Source of the DNA: an uncultured Dehalococcoidales bacterium
GTDB taxonomy: Bacteria > Chloroflexota > Dehalococcoidia > GIF9 > UBA5629
DNA length: 50,528 nucleotides
Reading direction: 5' to 3'
NCBI GenBank assembly: GCA_964582065.1
Contig: CAZOQG010000001.1
Coordinates: 1-50,528 of the forward strand
The notes below the pieces were generated by a model that saw nothing but the letters and a program-made list of their open reading frames with translations, ran no database searches and had not been told where the DNA came from. Shown here in pieces: positions 24,812-33,761 of this stretch. Within the stretch, counting starts at the first letter, position 1, and every line of letters begins with the position of its first letter. The translations under genes and the position numbers were made by a program.

Positions 24812-27211
24812 ATGATGTCTACCAGAACTCAAACGCTTATGGTAAATACTCCCATAAAAGCCCAACAGATTGCGCTAGCAGAGCTTAGTGAGGATGTAAG
24901 GGCGACGAGACCTGGCTTCAAATGGTCTCTGGACCTGGAGAGGGCAAGATTGCTAACAGAATCCTACAAGCAAACCGAAGGGGAGCCCATGGCTCTCAGG
25001 AGAGCAAAGGCCTTGGCACACATCCTGTCAAATATGACCGTATATATCCGGCCGGGTGAGTTGATTGTAGGTAACTATGCATCTGATTCAGACTCTGTCC
25101 CTTTCTACCCTGAGTTCGCCTGGAAATGGATAGTAAGGGAGACGGCACCAGGGGCAGTTTACAGCGGTATGTTGACCGACGAAGGCAGGGAAGAGTTGAA
25201 GGAAATATGTAGCTATTGGGGTGATTTAGCCATACACCACAGGCTGAGAACATATCTGCCAGAAGACTTGGCCGATATGTTCTGGATTTTTAATTGGGAG
25301 TCTACCACGCCAAACTATGAGAAGATCCTCGAGATGGGCTTGAAGGGCATTATTGAAGATGCCAGGGAGAGAAAGACGAAGTTGGATGGGGAGTACATGG
25401 CGGAGACTATCAATGGTGTAGACTTTGTTAAGAAGAAGGACTTCCTGGACAGCGTTATCATTGCCCTGGATGCTGTGATTAAGTGGAGTAAGAGATATGC
25501 AGCGCTAGCCAGAGAGCTAGCTGAGACCGATGATGACCGGCTAAGGAAGCAGGAACTAGAAACTATAGCCAATACCTGCCAATGGGTGCCGGAAAACCCT
25601 GCCCGAATATTCCAGGAGGCGCTGCAGTGCTATTGGTTCATTCACCTCATCGTCAACTTCATTGAACTGCCCCAGGTAGGCAGCGGAATAAGGTTTGACC
25701 AATGCTTCAATCGCCTCTATGAGAAAGACGTACGGGAAGGAAGGCTGAACAGAGAGCAAGCTCAAGAACTGGTCGAGTTCTTGTTTGTGAAATTCCAGGA
25801 GACTGGCTTCTTGCACGCACCTATATGGTCAGGTTTTGGAGGCGGTGCCCTGGGGTTCCAAACGGTTACCATCGGTGGGACAGACTCCGAGGGCCGCGAT
25901 ATCACCAATGAAGTGAGTTACATAGTCTTGGACGCTACTAAAAGCGTAACAGCTATAGTCCCTCCGTTGGCTCTAAGATGGCACGATGGAATGCCCAAGA
26001 AGTTAATTGATAAGGCTATTGAGGTGCTGGCCTCAGGAATGCCTCAGCCGGCTATCTTCAACGACAAAGTGAATGTATTGAGATTGGTCAGCCTCGGTTG
26101 CTCCATCGAAGATGCCAACAACTACTCCATCAACAATTGCATGGTGCCGACTATCCCGGGCAAGAACTTCAATCATATGTCAGCCTGGGCTAATGGCATA
26201 CCTGTTGCTCTATGCCTGAATCATGCCTTGGGAGTAAGCCCTGTAGCGTTATATAAGAGGGCCGGTGATACCACGATAGACCCGGCGACGCTAAGCTCGG
26301 TCGATGAATTGCTTGGCGCCACGGTTGAGAACTACAAATGGCTTGTGCACCGGCTAGTTCTGATAGCAAACATTGCTGATGCTCTTTATCAGGAATATGC
26401 GCCAAGGCCATTCCTATCAAGCGTGATTGATGACTGCATTGAGAAAGCTCAGGACGTTAGAGATTGGAACTATACGCCAGATTACAGAGATATTACTCTC
26501 TTCGGCCTTAACACTGTCGCCGATTCCTTGGCAGCTATAAAGAAGCTGGTATTTGATGAGAAGAAGATATCTATGGAGAAACTGGTCGAGGCTTTAAGGA
26601 GCAATTGGCAGGGTTACGAAGACCTTCACAGGGCGTGTCTTGGAGCTCCGAAGTTTGGCAATGATGATGATTATGTCGACTCAATATCACGGGAGCTCGG
26701 AAAGAGAATTTCTGAAGAGACCCAGAAATGTAAAACAAACCGGGGGACTCCTGTTGTTGTAGATGGCACAGCGGCAACCGCCTGGTGGAGCTTTGGGCGT
26801 GTCTGTGCCGCTACACCAGATGGCAGAAGCGCAGGCGACCCATTCAATGACGGGACGATTTCGCCGATGGCTGGCAGGGACAAGAAAGGGCCTACAGCAG
26901 TGCTGAAATCGGTTTCAAAGGTTGACCCACTAATAAGTTGGAATCAGCTGTTCAACCAGACTTTCATGCCCCAATACCTTGTAGGCCACAATGCCGAGCT
27001 GTTCGCCCAATATCTAAAGACCTTCGGCGATCTGGGTATTCACCACGTTCAGTTCACCACGGTTGGTAGAGAGACGTTGGAAGATGCCCAAAAGCATCCG
27101 GAGAAATACCCCAGTCTGATGGTGAGGGTGGCCGGGTTTGCTGCCTACTTCATAGACCTCGACAAGAACTTGCAGGATTCAATCATTGCCAGAACCCCCC
27201 AGTGCCTCTGA
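24812..27211 (+). CDS. Glycyl radical enzyme 2 (PFL2-like) with an atypical Cys loop, substrate unknown
   Basis: Glycyl loop MVRVAGFAAYF (Gly codon 27134-27136). Thiyl loop YSINNCMVPTIPG (Cys codon 26138-26140). RBS GGGAGG upstream of ATGATG. Confidence 0.9.
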   Translation: MMSTRTQTLMVNTPIKAQQIALAELSEDVRATRPGFKWSLDLERARLLTESYKQTEGEPMALRRAKALAHILSNMTVYIRPGELIVGNYASDSDSVPFYPEFAWKWIVRETAPGAVYSGMLTDEGREELKEICSYWGDLAIHHRLRTYLPEDLADMFWIFNWESTTPNYEKILEMGLKGIIEDARERKTKLDGEYMAETINGVDFVKKKDFLDSVIIALDAVIKWSKRYAALARELAETDDDRLRKQELETIANTCQWVPENPARIFQEALQCYWFIHLIVNFIELPQVGSGIRFDQCFNRLYEKDVREGRLNREQAQELVEFLFVKFQETGFLHAPIWSGFGGGALGFQTVTIGGTDSEGRDITNEVSYIVLDATKSVTAIVPPLALRWHDGMPKKLIDKAIEVLASGMPQPAIFNDKVNVLRLVSLGCSIEDANNYSINNCMVPTIPGKNFNHMSAWANGIPVALCLNHALGVSPVALYKRAGDTTIDPATLSSVDELLGATVENYKWLVHRLVLIANIADALYQEYAPRPFLSSVIDDCIEKAQDVRDWNYTPDYRDITLFGLNTVADSLAAIKKLVFDEKKISMEKLVEALRSNWQGYEDLHRACLGAPKFGNDDDYVDSISRELGKRISEETQKCKTNRGTPVVVDGTAATAWWSFGRVCAATPDGRSAGDPFNDGTISPMAGRDKKGPTAVLKSVSKVDPLISWNQLFNQTFMPQYLVGHNAELFAQYLKTFGDLGIHHVQFTTVGRETLEDAQKHPEKYPSLMVRVAGFAAYFIDLDKNLQDSIIARTPQCL

Positions 27212-27230
27212 TCTCCTCAAAGAGAAGGAT

Positions 27231-28175
27231 ATGGCTCGCTCACACTCCCCAGGTCAGAAGAACCAGGGTGCAGCGGACGGGTTGGTATTTAGCATTCAGA
27301 GGTATAGCATTCAAGACGGCCCCGGAATCAGAACCACAATATTCCTTAAGGGCTGTCCGCTGAAATGCAAATGGTGCTCCAACCCCGAATCGCAGAATCC
27401 ACACCCTGAGATCATGGTCAGAAAAGCAAGATGCAATGGGTGTGGAAAGTGTTTGGACGTTTGCGACTGCCGCGCCATTACTGTGGATGAAGACGGTTTG
27501 CGCGTAGACAGGTCGAGGTGTGATTTATGCATGAAATGCGTGGATGTGTGTCCCACAGATGCAATAGAAATCACAGGGAAAAACATGACTTTAGAAGAGG
27601 CAATAGAGGAATGCAGCAAAGATGAGCTGTTCTATCGCAATTCAGGCGGCGGTGTGACATTATCTGGCGGTGAACCTCTGTACCAGCCGGAATTCGCTCT
27701 GAACTTGCTGAAGGAGTGTAAGGAGAGAGCTCTTAGCACGGCTCTTGATACTTGCGGCTACGCCAGTTGGGAGGTCTTAGACAAGGTCCTGGGATACACG
27801 GACCTGGTCCTGTTCGATATTAAGCACCTGGATCCTGAAATCCACCGCAAGGGTACGGGCCTTGGGAATCAGCTTATCCTTGAAAACCTCAGGAAGATTA
27901 TTGACGCCGGGAGAACAAGAGTCTGGCTAAGAGTCCCGATTATCCCTAACTACAGTGATTCCGCGCAATATATGGAGAGCTTAGCAGTAGCCGTCGCAGA
28001 AATGCCTGTTGAAAAGATTTCCCTGTTGGCTTACCACGAATGGGGCAAGCCAAAGTATGAGTTCTTGGGCAGAGACTACCCGCTTGATGGTTCCGTCCCC
28101 CCGAGTGAAGACAGACTGCAGACTTTGCAGGACATCATGCAGTCCAAAGGGCTGCAAGTTACCATCGGCTATTAG
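27231..28175 (+). CDS. Glycyl-radical-enzyme activating enzyme (radical SAM, with two auxiliary ferredoxin-type clusters)
   Basis: DGPGIRTTIFLKGCPLKCKWCSNPES (C-x3-C-x2-C), CNGCGKCLDVC and CDLCMKCVDVCP. ATG 27231 lies 19 nt after the GRE-2 stop. Confidence 0.9.
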   Translation: MARSHSPGQKNQGAADGLVFSIQRYSIQDGPGIRTTIFLKGCPLKCKWCSNPESQNPHPEIMVRKARCNGCGKCLDVCDCRAITVDEDGLRVDRSRCDLCMKCVDVCPTDAIEITGKNMTLEEAIEECSKDELFYRNSGGGVTLSGGEPLYQPEFALNLLKECKERALSTALDTCGYASWEVLDKVLGYTDLVLFDIKHLDPEIHRKGTGLGNQLILENLRKIIDAGRTRVWLRVPIIPNYSDSAQYMESLAVAVAEMPVEKISLLAYHEWGKPKYEFLGRDYPLDGSVPPSEDRLQTLQDIMQSKGLQVTIGY

Positions 28176-28339
28176 AAGATCCCGGCTTGGGGAGAGAATT
28201 GCCCGGTTTGCGCCCCATCAGGACCGACAATAGCCAATGTCTCCCGTTGTTCCAACAACACTAACCGAGGGTTGACTTCTCCACAAGCGACTCAAGCGCT
28301 GTATTAGGTTATAATGGGACATAGAAAAGGAGGTCACCT

Positions 28340-29131
28340 ATGGAGCATGAAGAACTCAGACTGGAAAAGGCGGAGGGTGTTGCCGTTATGACTCTCAACC
28401 GCCCGAAAAGGCTGAATGCCCTCACAATGAAAATGATGCGGGAATTCGACAAGCTCTTCAGGGAGCTTCAAGAGGATGACGACGTGCGAGTGTTGATTAT
28501 TACCGGGGCAGGTGAAGGTTTTTGTGCCGGGGCCGATGTTGATTCGTTAACTTCAATAACTCAGCTTGGCTCAGATTTGCCAAGACAAGAAAGGCTGCAG
28601 GCTATCGGTGCTTTCGCTTTGTTGCTTTATAACCTGGAGAAGCCAGTCATTGCTGCAGTCAACGGCGTAGCAGCAGGAGCCGGTGTATCAATTGCGCTGC
28701 TCTCAGATATCAGGATCGCCTCTGAGAAAGCCAGGTTTACCATGGCCTTCGTTCGTAGGGGCCTGATTCCAGACTGCGGGGCTACCTTTTTGATGCCAAG
28801 ATTGCTCGGTGCCGCAAAATCATTTGAGCTGATGTACACGGGTGACATCATTGATGCCAGAGAGGCAGAACGTGTAGGTCTGGTCAATAAAGTTGTTCCA
28901 CATGACAGGCTGATGGATGAAGCCACTGTCCTGGCCAAGAGGCTGGCCAAAGGACCCCCGCTGGCCCTGGCGCAAATTAAACGTGCTGTTCACAGCGGCT
29001 TGATGAACGATCTTGAGCAACAGCTATACTTTGAATCGTACGCGCAGAACTTCTGCGCTGGGACAGAGGATCTCAAGGAAGGGGTCAGCTCATTCGTCGA
29101 GAAGCGTGAGCCGCAATTCAAAGGCCGGTAA
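28340..29131 (+). CDS. Enoyl-CoA hydratase/isomerase (crotonase) family
   Basis: LNRPKRLNAL, ITGAGEGFCAGADV and AAVNGVAAGAGVSIAL. RBS AAGGAGG upstream. Confidence 0.9.
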   Translation: MEHEELRLEKAEGVAVMTLNRPKRLNALTMKMMREFDKLFRELQEDDDVRVLIITGAGEGFCAGADVDSLTSITQLGSDLPRQERLQAIGAFALLLYNLEKPVIAAVNGVAAGAGVSIALLSDIRIASEKARFTMAFVRRGLIPDCGATFLMPRLLGAAKSFELMYTGDIIDAREAERVGLVNKVVPHDRLMDEATVLAKRLAKGPPLALAQIKRAVHSGLMNDLEQQLYFESYAQNFCAGTEDLKEGVSSFVEKREPQFKGR

Positions 29132-29161
29132 TGACGTAGGGCTGGATCGGCCGCTGTTCCG

Positions 29162-30358
29162 CTATTTCTCCTGGTCTTTTAACTTCGATACGCGGACGGT
29201 GGGGCTCTCCTCAATTCTGCCGTATTTCATCACTCTGTCAATCAAGTCCTTGCTCCACAGGCCTTTTTCGACAATGCTAATAAGTGCTGTCGTATCAAGG
29301 TCCGAGACTTCTCCCCATTTGCCTGCCTCTTTTATTATCCCGTCCAGGTCCAGGCGCTCAGCATCGCTCTTACGTGGGAATTTGAGTTTGTCAGCGAATG
29401 TAACCCTCACCTTGCAGTCGCTGCCTTTTATTATCTCGACCTGTTCTCTTCTGGCGTAATCAAGAATCGCCTCCCTCACCTTCTCCATTTCGGCCTCTAT
29501 CCCGGCCTCTTGATTCTTCAGCTGTGCATATTTGTTGGCTAGCACGACCCCGGGCTCGTTGAGGTATTCGTTAACCGGCAGAGCTTCCACCTTGTAGAAA
29601 TGCTTTCTCAGCGGGCACAAATCAGGATATTCGCACCAGTTGCATAACGCGGACTCGTTTGGCAGGAAATCCTGGACAGACTCTATTTCATCGATTAACC
29701 TCTTAGTGCTTTCAATCAAGCCTGAAATGGCTTCCGGAGTGCGGTAGGAAACCAACTCCGCATCAAAAGCCACGTAGTGCCAGACAAGCCTGATATTCTC
29801 AACATCTGGCCATCTCCTCTGGACTCCAATCTGATATAAGCCAAGCTGCCTATCCTTATCGGCATCTTCCTGACCAGGCATATGGGACGACGTCTTATAG
29901 TCGTGAATCTCATGAGTGCCGTCCTGAGTTCGTGACAGCCGGTCTATGTAACCCTGCATTTTGTACTTATTCTCGTCGTCCAGCGAGAACCCCATTCTCA
30001 TCTCAGTCTGTATCGTTATATCTGCATCAAACGGTGCATAGCGGTTGTAGTAATTCTCAATCAGCTTCTCGCCCAGGGATCTGTAGTGCTCTTGGGTCAG
30101 CTCCTGCTTCATGATAACGATCGAGTCGTTCCAGTTTTCCTGCCATATTCTATTGTAGAAAGCAAGCAAATCACTCAGGCTGTTCGTCTTGGTAAACCTG
30201 AGGTCGTCATAGCACTTCTTCAAGGTGTCATGAACCCTCAACCCCAGGAAACCCTCGACGCCTTCCATGTCTCGCTTAATCCTGTCCCGGTAGCGAAGCT
30301 TGTACTTCAAGGGACACTGCTCATAGATACCTAGCTGTGAATCAGAATAAACCGCCAT
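29162..30358 (-). CDS. Cas4/AddB-like Fe-S PD-(D/E)XK nuclease with an uncharacterised C-terminal domain
   Basis: N-terminal Cys (YEQCPLKYKLRY), GYIDRL...HEIHDYKTS (D...D-x-K) and CNWCEYPDLC (C-x2-C-x5-C). The roughly 130-aa C-terminal extension has no motif I recognise. Confidence 0.8.
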   Translation of the reverse strand: MAVYSDSQLGIYEQCPLKYKLRYRDRIKRDMEGVEGFLGLRVHDTLKKCYDDLRFTKTNSLSDLLAFYNRIWQENWNDSIVIMKQELTQEHYRSLGEKLIENYYNRYAPFDADITIQTEMRMGFSLDDENKYKMQGYIDRLSRTQDGTHEIHDYKTSSHMPGQEDADKDRQLGLYQIGVQRRWPDVENIRLVWHYVAFDAELVSYRTPEAISGLIESTKRLIDEIESVQDFLPNESALCNWCEYPDLCPLRKHFYKVEALPVNEYLNEPGVVLANKYAQLKNQEAGIEAEMEKVREAILDYARREQVEIIKGSDCKVRVTFADKLKFPRKSDAERLDLDGIIKEAGKWGEVSDLDTTALISIVEKGLWSKDLIDRVMKYGRIEESPTVRVSKLKDQEK

Positions 30359-30379
30359 ATCAACTCCTGCTTGAGCTGC

Positions 30380-30883
30380 CTAAACCCGGCGTCCAGCCAA
30401 CCTCTCCCTCAAGGCCTTCAGGTTGACCACATCCTCCTGATTGTACTGCAGTAGCAGAGCCAGGGCATTCTGATTACCGCCCTTCCGGTACTGCCACCAC
30501 AGCTGCACTGCCTCGAATCCGCCGACGCCTTCCAATTCCCTGCGAATTCCCAACTGCCGTTCAACTGCCTTGAAACCACCGAACAGGTTGTTTCTCCAGC
30601 AGTCATACATCAGGTCGTGATGGTAGAATTCAGTGGCTAGGTCTATCCCGAGAGAAACAGCAATGAAGGGAATGTCGAATCTGCTGCCGTTGTAGGTATA
30701 GATTGTGTTTACACCCCTCAGGGCTGTTACAAGGTTGCCTCTGGTCACCTCTTCGCCTACTAATTGAATAAGCTCACTGTTTCTGCCATGGCACCGGTAA
30801 ATGCCGATTACGGTTATGGCATCATAATACCGAGACAAGCCGGTGGTCTCAATATCAAGGTAGGCATCAACCAACTGCCTCAT
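30380..30883 (-). CDS. RNase-H-fold 3'-5' exonuclease, YprB/MrfB-like
   Basis: DEDD-type motifs YLDIETTGL, YTYNGSRFDIPF, HHDLMY and YNQEDVVNL. 167 aa. Lies 21 nt upstream of the PD-(D/E)XK gene on the same strand. Confidence 0.75.
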   Translation of the reverse strand: MRQLVDAYLDIETTGLSRYYDAITVIGIYRCHGRNSELIQLVGEEVTRGNLVTALRGVNTIYTYNGSRFDIPFIAVSLGIDLATEFYHHDLMYDCWRNNLFGGFKAVERQLGIRRELEGVGGFEAVQLWWQYRKGGNQNALALLLQYNQEDVVNLKALRERLAGRRV

Positions 30884-31166
30884 AGCCTGTGCTTCCGCCT
30901 TCCATCAAATTCCAGCATAGCATACACCGGAGACAGCTAGGTTGTCACAAGTTGAACGCGTACCTAATGAAGTCTTGCACAAGTATGCCCAAGCTGCCAG
31001 CCTCCCATCTTCCAAAATTATAGCACAACGGCCGCAGCGGCGACTGTATTCTAAGCTCCGGCCACCTATCTCTATTCACTATTGACTGTTTGTGTTACAA
31101 TTCGGCAAGTTTGGTCTAAACAGCCTGGGTGTAGAATTCAGACGGGCGTTTCTTGAATCAGTTGTG

Positions 31167-32552
31167 ATGGATAGGACAAGTGTCGGTGATACCCAAAACA
31201 AGAGGGCTGCTCTACTCGTGGCTACACTGGGTTCTTTCCTCACGCCCTTTATGGGTTCCTCCATCACCATTGCGCTCCCGTCAATTGGGAGTGAACTGGC
31301 GATGGATGCCATTTCTCTGGGCTGGGTGGCCACCGCATACCTTCTGGCTGCAGCGATGTTTCTTGTCCCCCTCGGAAGAATAGCCGACATATACGGAAGA
31401 AAGAGGATTTTTGCATACGGCATACTCACCTACACTGTCGCCTCTATCCTTTCGGCAGTTGCAATTTCCGCCGCTATGCTTATCGCCTCCAGGGTCTTGC
31501 AGGGGATAGGAGGGGCAATGATCTTCAGTACTGGAGTAGCCATTCTAACTTCAGTATTCCCCGCTGAGGAGAGAGGCAAAGCGCTGGGAATAAATGTCGC
31601 CGCAGTTTATTTGGGGCTCTCTCTCGGGCCATTCCTGGGCGGACTTCTAACCGAGCATTTTGGCTGGAGAAGCATTTTCGTGTTGAACGTACCTCTGGGC
31701 CTAATAATAATTGCCTTTATCTTCTGGAAATTGAAGGGGGAGTGGGCCGAGGCAAAGGGAGAGAAATTCGATATTACGGGCTCCGTGATTTACAGCCTGA
31801 TGCTCGTTGCGACAATGTATGGATTTACTCAACTGCCAGATATATCAGGTGTGTGGCTAATTGTGATTGGTGTGGTGGGGCTTGTGGGGTTTGTCAAGTG
31901 GGAAATGAAGGTGAAAAGCCCTGTCCTGAACATAGGCCTGTTCAGGAACAACACAGTGTTCGCCTTATCCAACCTGGCAGCGCTAATCAATTACAGTGCC
32001 ACATTCGCCGTGGGATTTCTGTTGAGCCTTTACTTGCAGTACATAAAAGGGCTCAGCCCTCAAAACGCAGGCCTGATATTGGTAGCTGCCCCGGTGGTAC
32101 AGGCTGTTTTCTCACCGCTTGCCGGCAGACTTTCCGACAGGATTGAACCGAGAATCGTAGCCTCAGCGGGTATGGGGTTGACATCGGTAGGCCTTGTCCT
32201 TTTAACATTCTTGGGTGAGAAAACAAGCTTGGGGTTCATCGTCGCCAGTTTGGTTGTCCTTGGTTTTGGCTTCGCCCTCTTCTCGTCTCCCAACACAAAT
32301 GCGGTTATGAGTTCTGTTGAAAAGAGATTCTACGGCGTAGCCTCAGGAATGCTGGCAACAATGCGGCAGGTTGGGATGACGTTCAGCATGGGAATGGCTA
32401 TGTTGCTATTTGCCCTATACATCGGCAGGGTCCAAATTACACCGGAATACTATTCGCTTTTCTTGAGAAGTGTGAACGTGGCCTTCGTCATTTTTGCCTC
32501 CCTTTGCTTCGCGGGCACATTTGCCTCGCTGGCAAGAGGCAAGATACGATGA
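31167..32552 (+). CDS. MFS transporter, DHA2 (14-TMS drug:H+ antiporter-like)
   Basis: LVATLGSFLTPFMGSSITIALPSIG and GRIADIYGRKRIF, about 14 hydrophobic segments. ATG 31167 is preferred over the ORF-track start at 31092. Confidence 0.85.
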   Translation: MDRTSVGDTQNKRAALLVATLGSFLTPFMGSSITIALPSIGSELAMDAISLGWVATAYLLAAAMFLVPLGRIADIYGRKRIFAYGILTYTVASILSAVAISAAMLIASRVLQGIGGAMIFSTGVAILTSVFPAEERGKALGINVAAVYLGLSLGPFLGGLLTEHFGWRSIFVLNVPLGLIIIAFIFWKLKGEWAEAKGEKFDITGSVIYSLMLVATMYGFTQLPDISGVWLIVIGVVGLVGFVKWEMKVKSPVLNIGLFRNNTVFALSNLAALINYSATFAVGFLLSLYLQYIKGLSPQNAGLILVAAPVVQAVFSPLAGRLSDRIEPRIVASAGMGLTSVGLVLLTFLGEKTSLGFIVASLVVLGFGFALFSSPNTNAVMSSVEKRFYGVASGMLATMRQVGMTFSMGMAMLLFALYIGRVQITPEYYSLFLRSVNVAFVIFASLCFAGTFASLARGKIR

Positions 32553-32673
32553 AGACCTTTAGGGAATAACCACCACGGCAAACAGCACTTCGTCGTTTGT
32601 CTTAGTTAACGCAGGCGGTGTTGCCTTCTTCGGTGCAATGAAGAAAAATGGAGAGGTGACTTCCCCCAGCGCA

Positions 32674-33687
32674 CTACCGCTCCATCAGTTTCCGGGCCGC
32701 GTCCACGATGCGCCTCGTGCTGGGGAGAACCTGATCCTCAAGTTCCCGGGAATAAGGGATGGTCTCTTCTGTGCAAACACGGCTGTACTTGAGTGGGATT
32801 CCGGCCTCCAGTATAATGGCTCCAAGTTCTCCAGAAAGGCCGAAGTCCCGGTAGTCCTCATCCACAACGAGCAGACGTCGGCTTGTGGAGACAGCGTCAC
32901 ACAGGGCCCCATGGTCAAGTGGTGAAACGGTTCTCAGGTCCAGCACACTGGCAGAGATCCCCTGTTCTTCGAGAACGGCTGCAGCCTCCAGGCAACGGTG
33001 GACGCCGACAGCCACGCTCACCATGGTTATATCGTCGCCCTCGCGTAGAGTGGCTGCCTTTCCCAGTGGCACCGCGGTCCAACTGTCAGGAACCGGCCCA
33101 TTCATGCCTTCCGACGGTACGTCAAACCGAACAGTACTCCGTCCACCCACCCCCATGTTGTCCAGCCAATAGCTGGCAAGCAGCTTGTGTTCGAGGTAGA
33201 CTACCGGCCCTTCATGTTCGATGGCTGAGAGCATGATTCCGCCGGCATCCGCAGGGTTTGAAGGCACCACCACACTTAGTCCAGGAATATGTGCCAGCCA
33301 ACCCCACAAGGACTGCTCATGTTGCCCTGCATCTCCGTAGCCACCCCCACACGCAGCTCGGACGACCATGGGGACCTTCCATTTTCCGCCGGAAAATGCC
33401 TCGATCTTGGCAGCGTGGTTGAGCAACGCATCCATGGCCACCCCTATGAAGTCCACCAACATTACCTCAACCACGGGCCGCAGGCCTGCCATGGCGGCTC
33501 CAACTGCGGCGCCCACGAATGCGGCCTCGCTGATGGGGGCTGGACGAACTCTCCGTTCCCCGAAACGCGCAAACAGGTTGAGGCGCAGCGTGTGAACGTC
33601 CTCCCCAAAGACCACAATCCTGGGGTCACTGGCCATAGCTTGAGCTAGGGCATCCTCGATGGCATCAGCAAAGCTCATGGTTCTCAT
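32674..33687 (-). CDS. TPP-dependent 2-oxoacid/acetoin dehydrogenase E1 component, beta subunit
   Basis: VVFGEDV, APISEAAFVGAAVGAAMAGLRPV and the transketolase-like C-terminal domain (LDLRTVSPLD). Confidence 0.9.
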   Translation of the reverse strand: MRTMSFADAIEDALAQAMASDPRIVVFGEDVHTLRLNLFARFGERRVRPAPISEAAFVGAAVGAAMAGLRPVVEVMLVDFIGVAMDALLNHAAKIEAFSGGKWKVPMVVRAACGGGYGDAGQHEQSLWGWLAHIPGLSVVVPSNPADAGGIMLSAIEHEGPVVYLEHKLLASYWLDNMGVGGRSTVRFDVPSEGMNGPVPDSWTAVPLGKAATLREGDDITMVSVAVGVHRCLEAAAVLEEQGISASVLDLRTVSPLDHGALCDAVSTSRRLLVVDEDYRDFGLSGELGAIILEAGIPLKYSRVCTEETIPYSRELEDQVLPSTRRIVDAARKLMER

Positions 33688-33761
33688 CTTTTGTTCCTCT
33701 GAATCCAGCGAAGGCTGACAGGCTGACTGTATCGACTTGGTAAGGTTTCCATCAGCGTAAG

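Noticed and set aside
24812-27211. GRE-2 as an X-succinate synthase (benzyl- or alkyl-succinate synthase alpha subunit).
   Set aside because: It is tempting, given the missing Glu in the Cys loop and the beta-oxidation-like neighbours. However, no small Cys-rich beta/gamma subunit ORFs flank it, and I cannot verify the fumarate-binding residues by eye. The question is left open rather than called.
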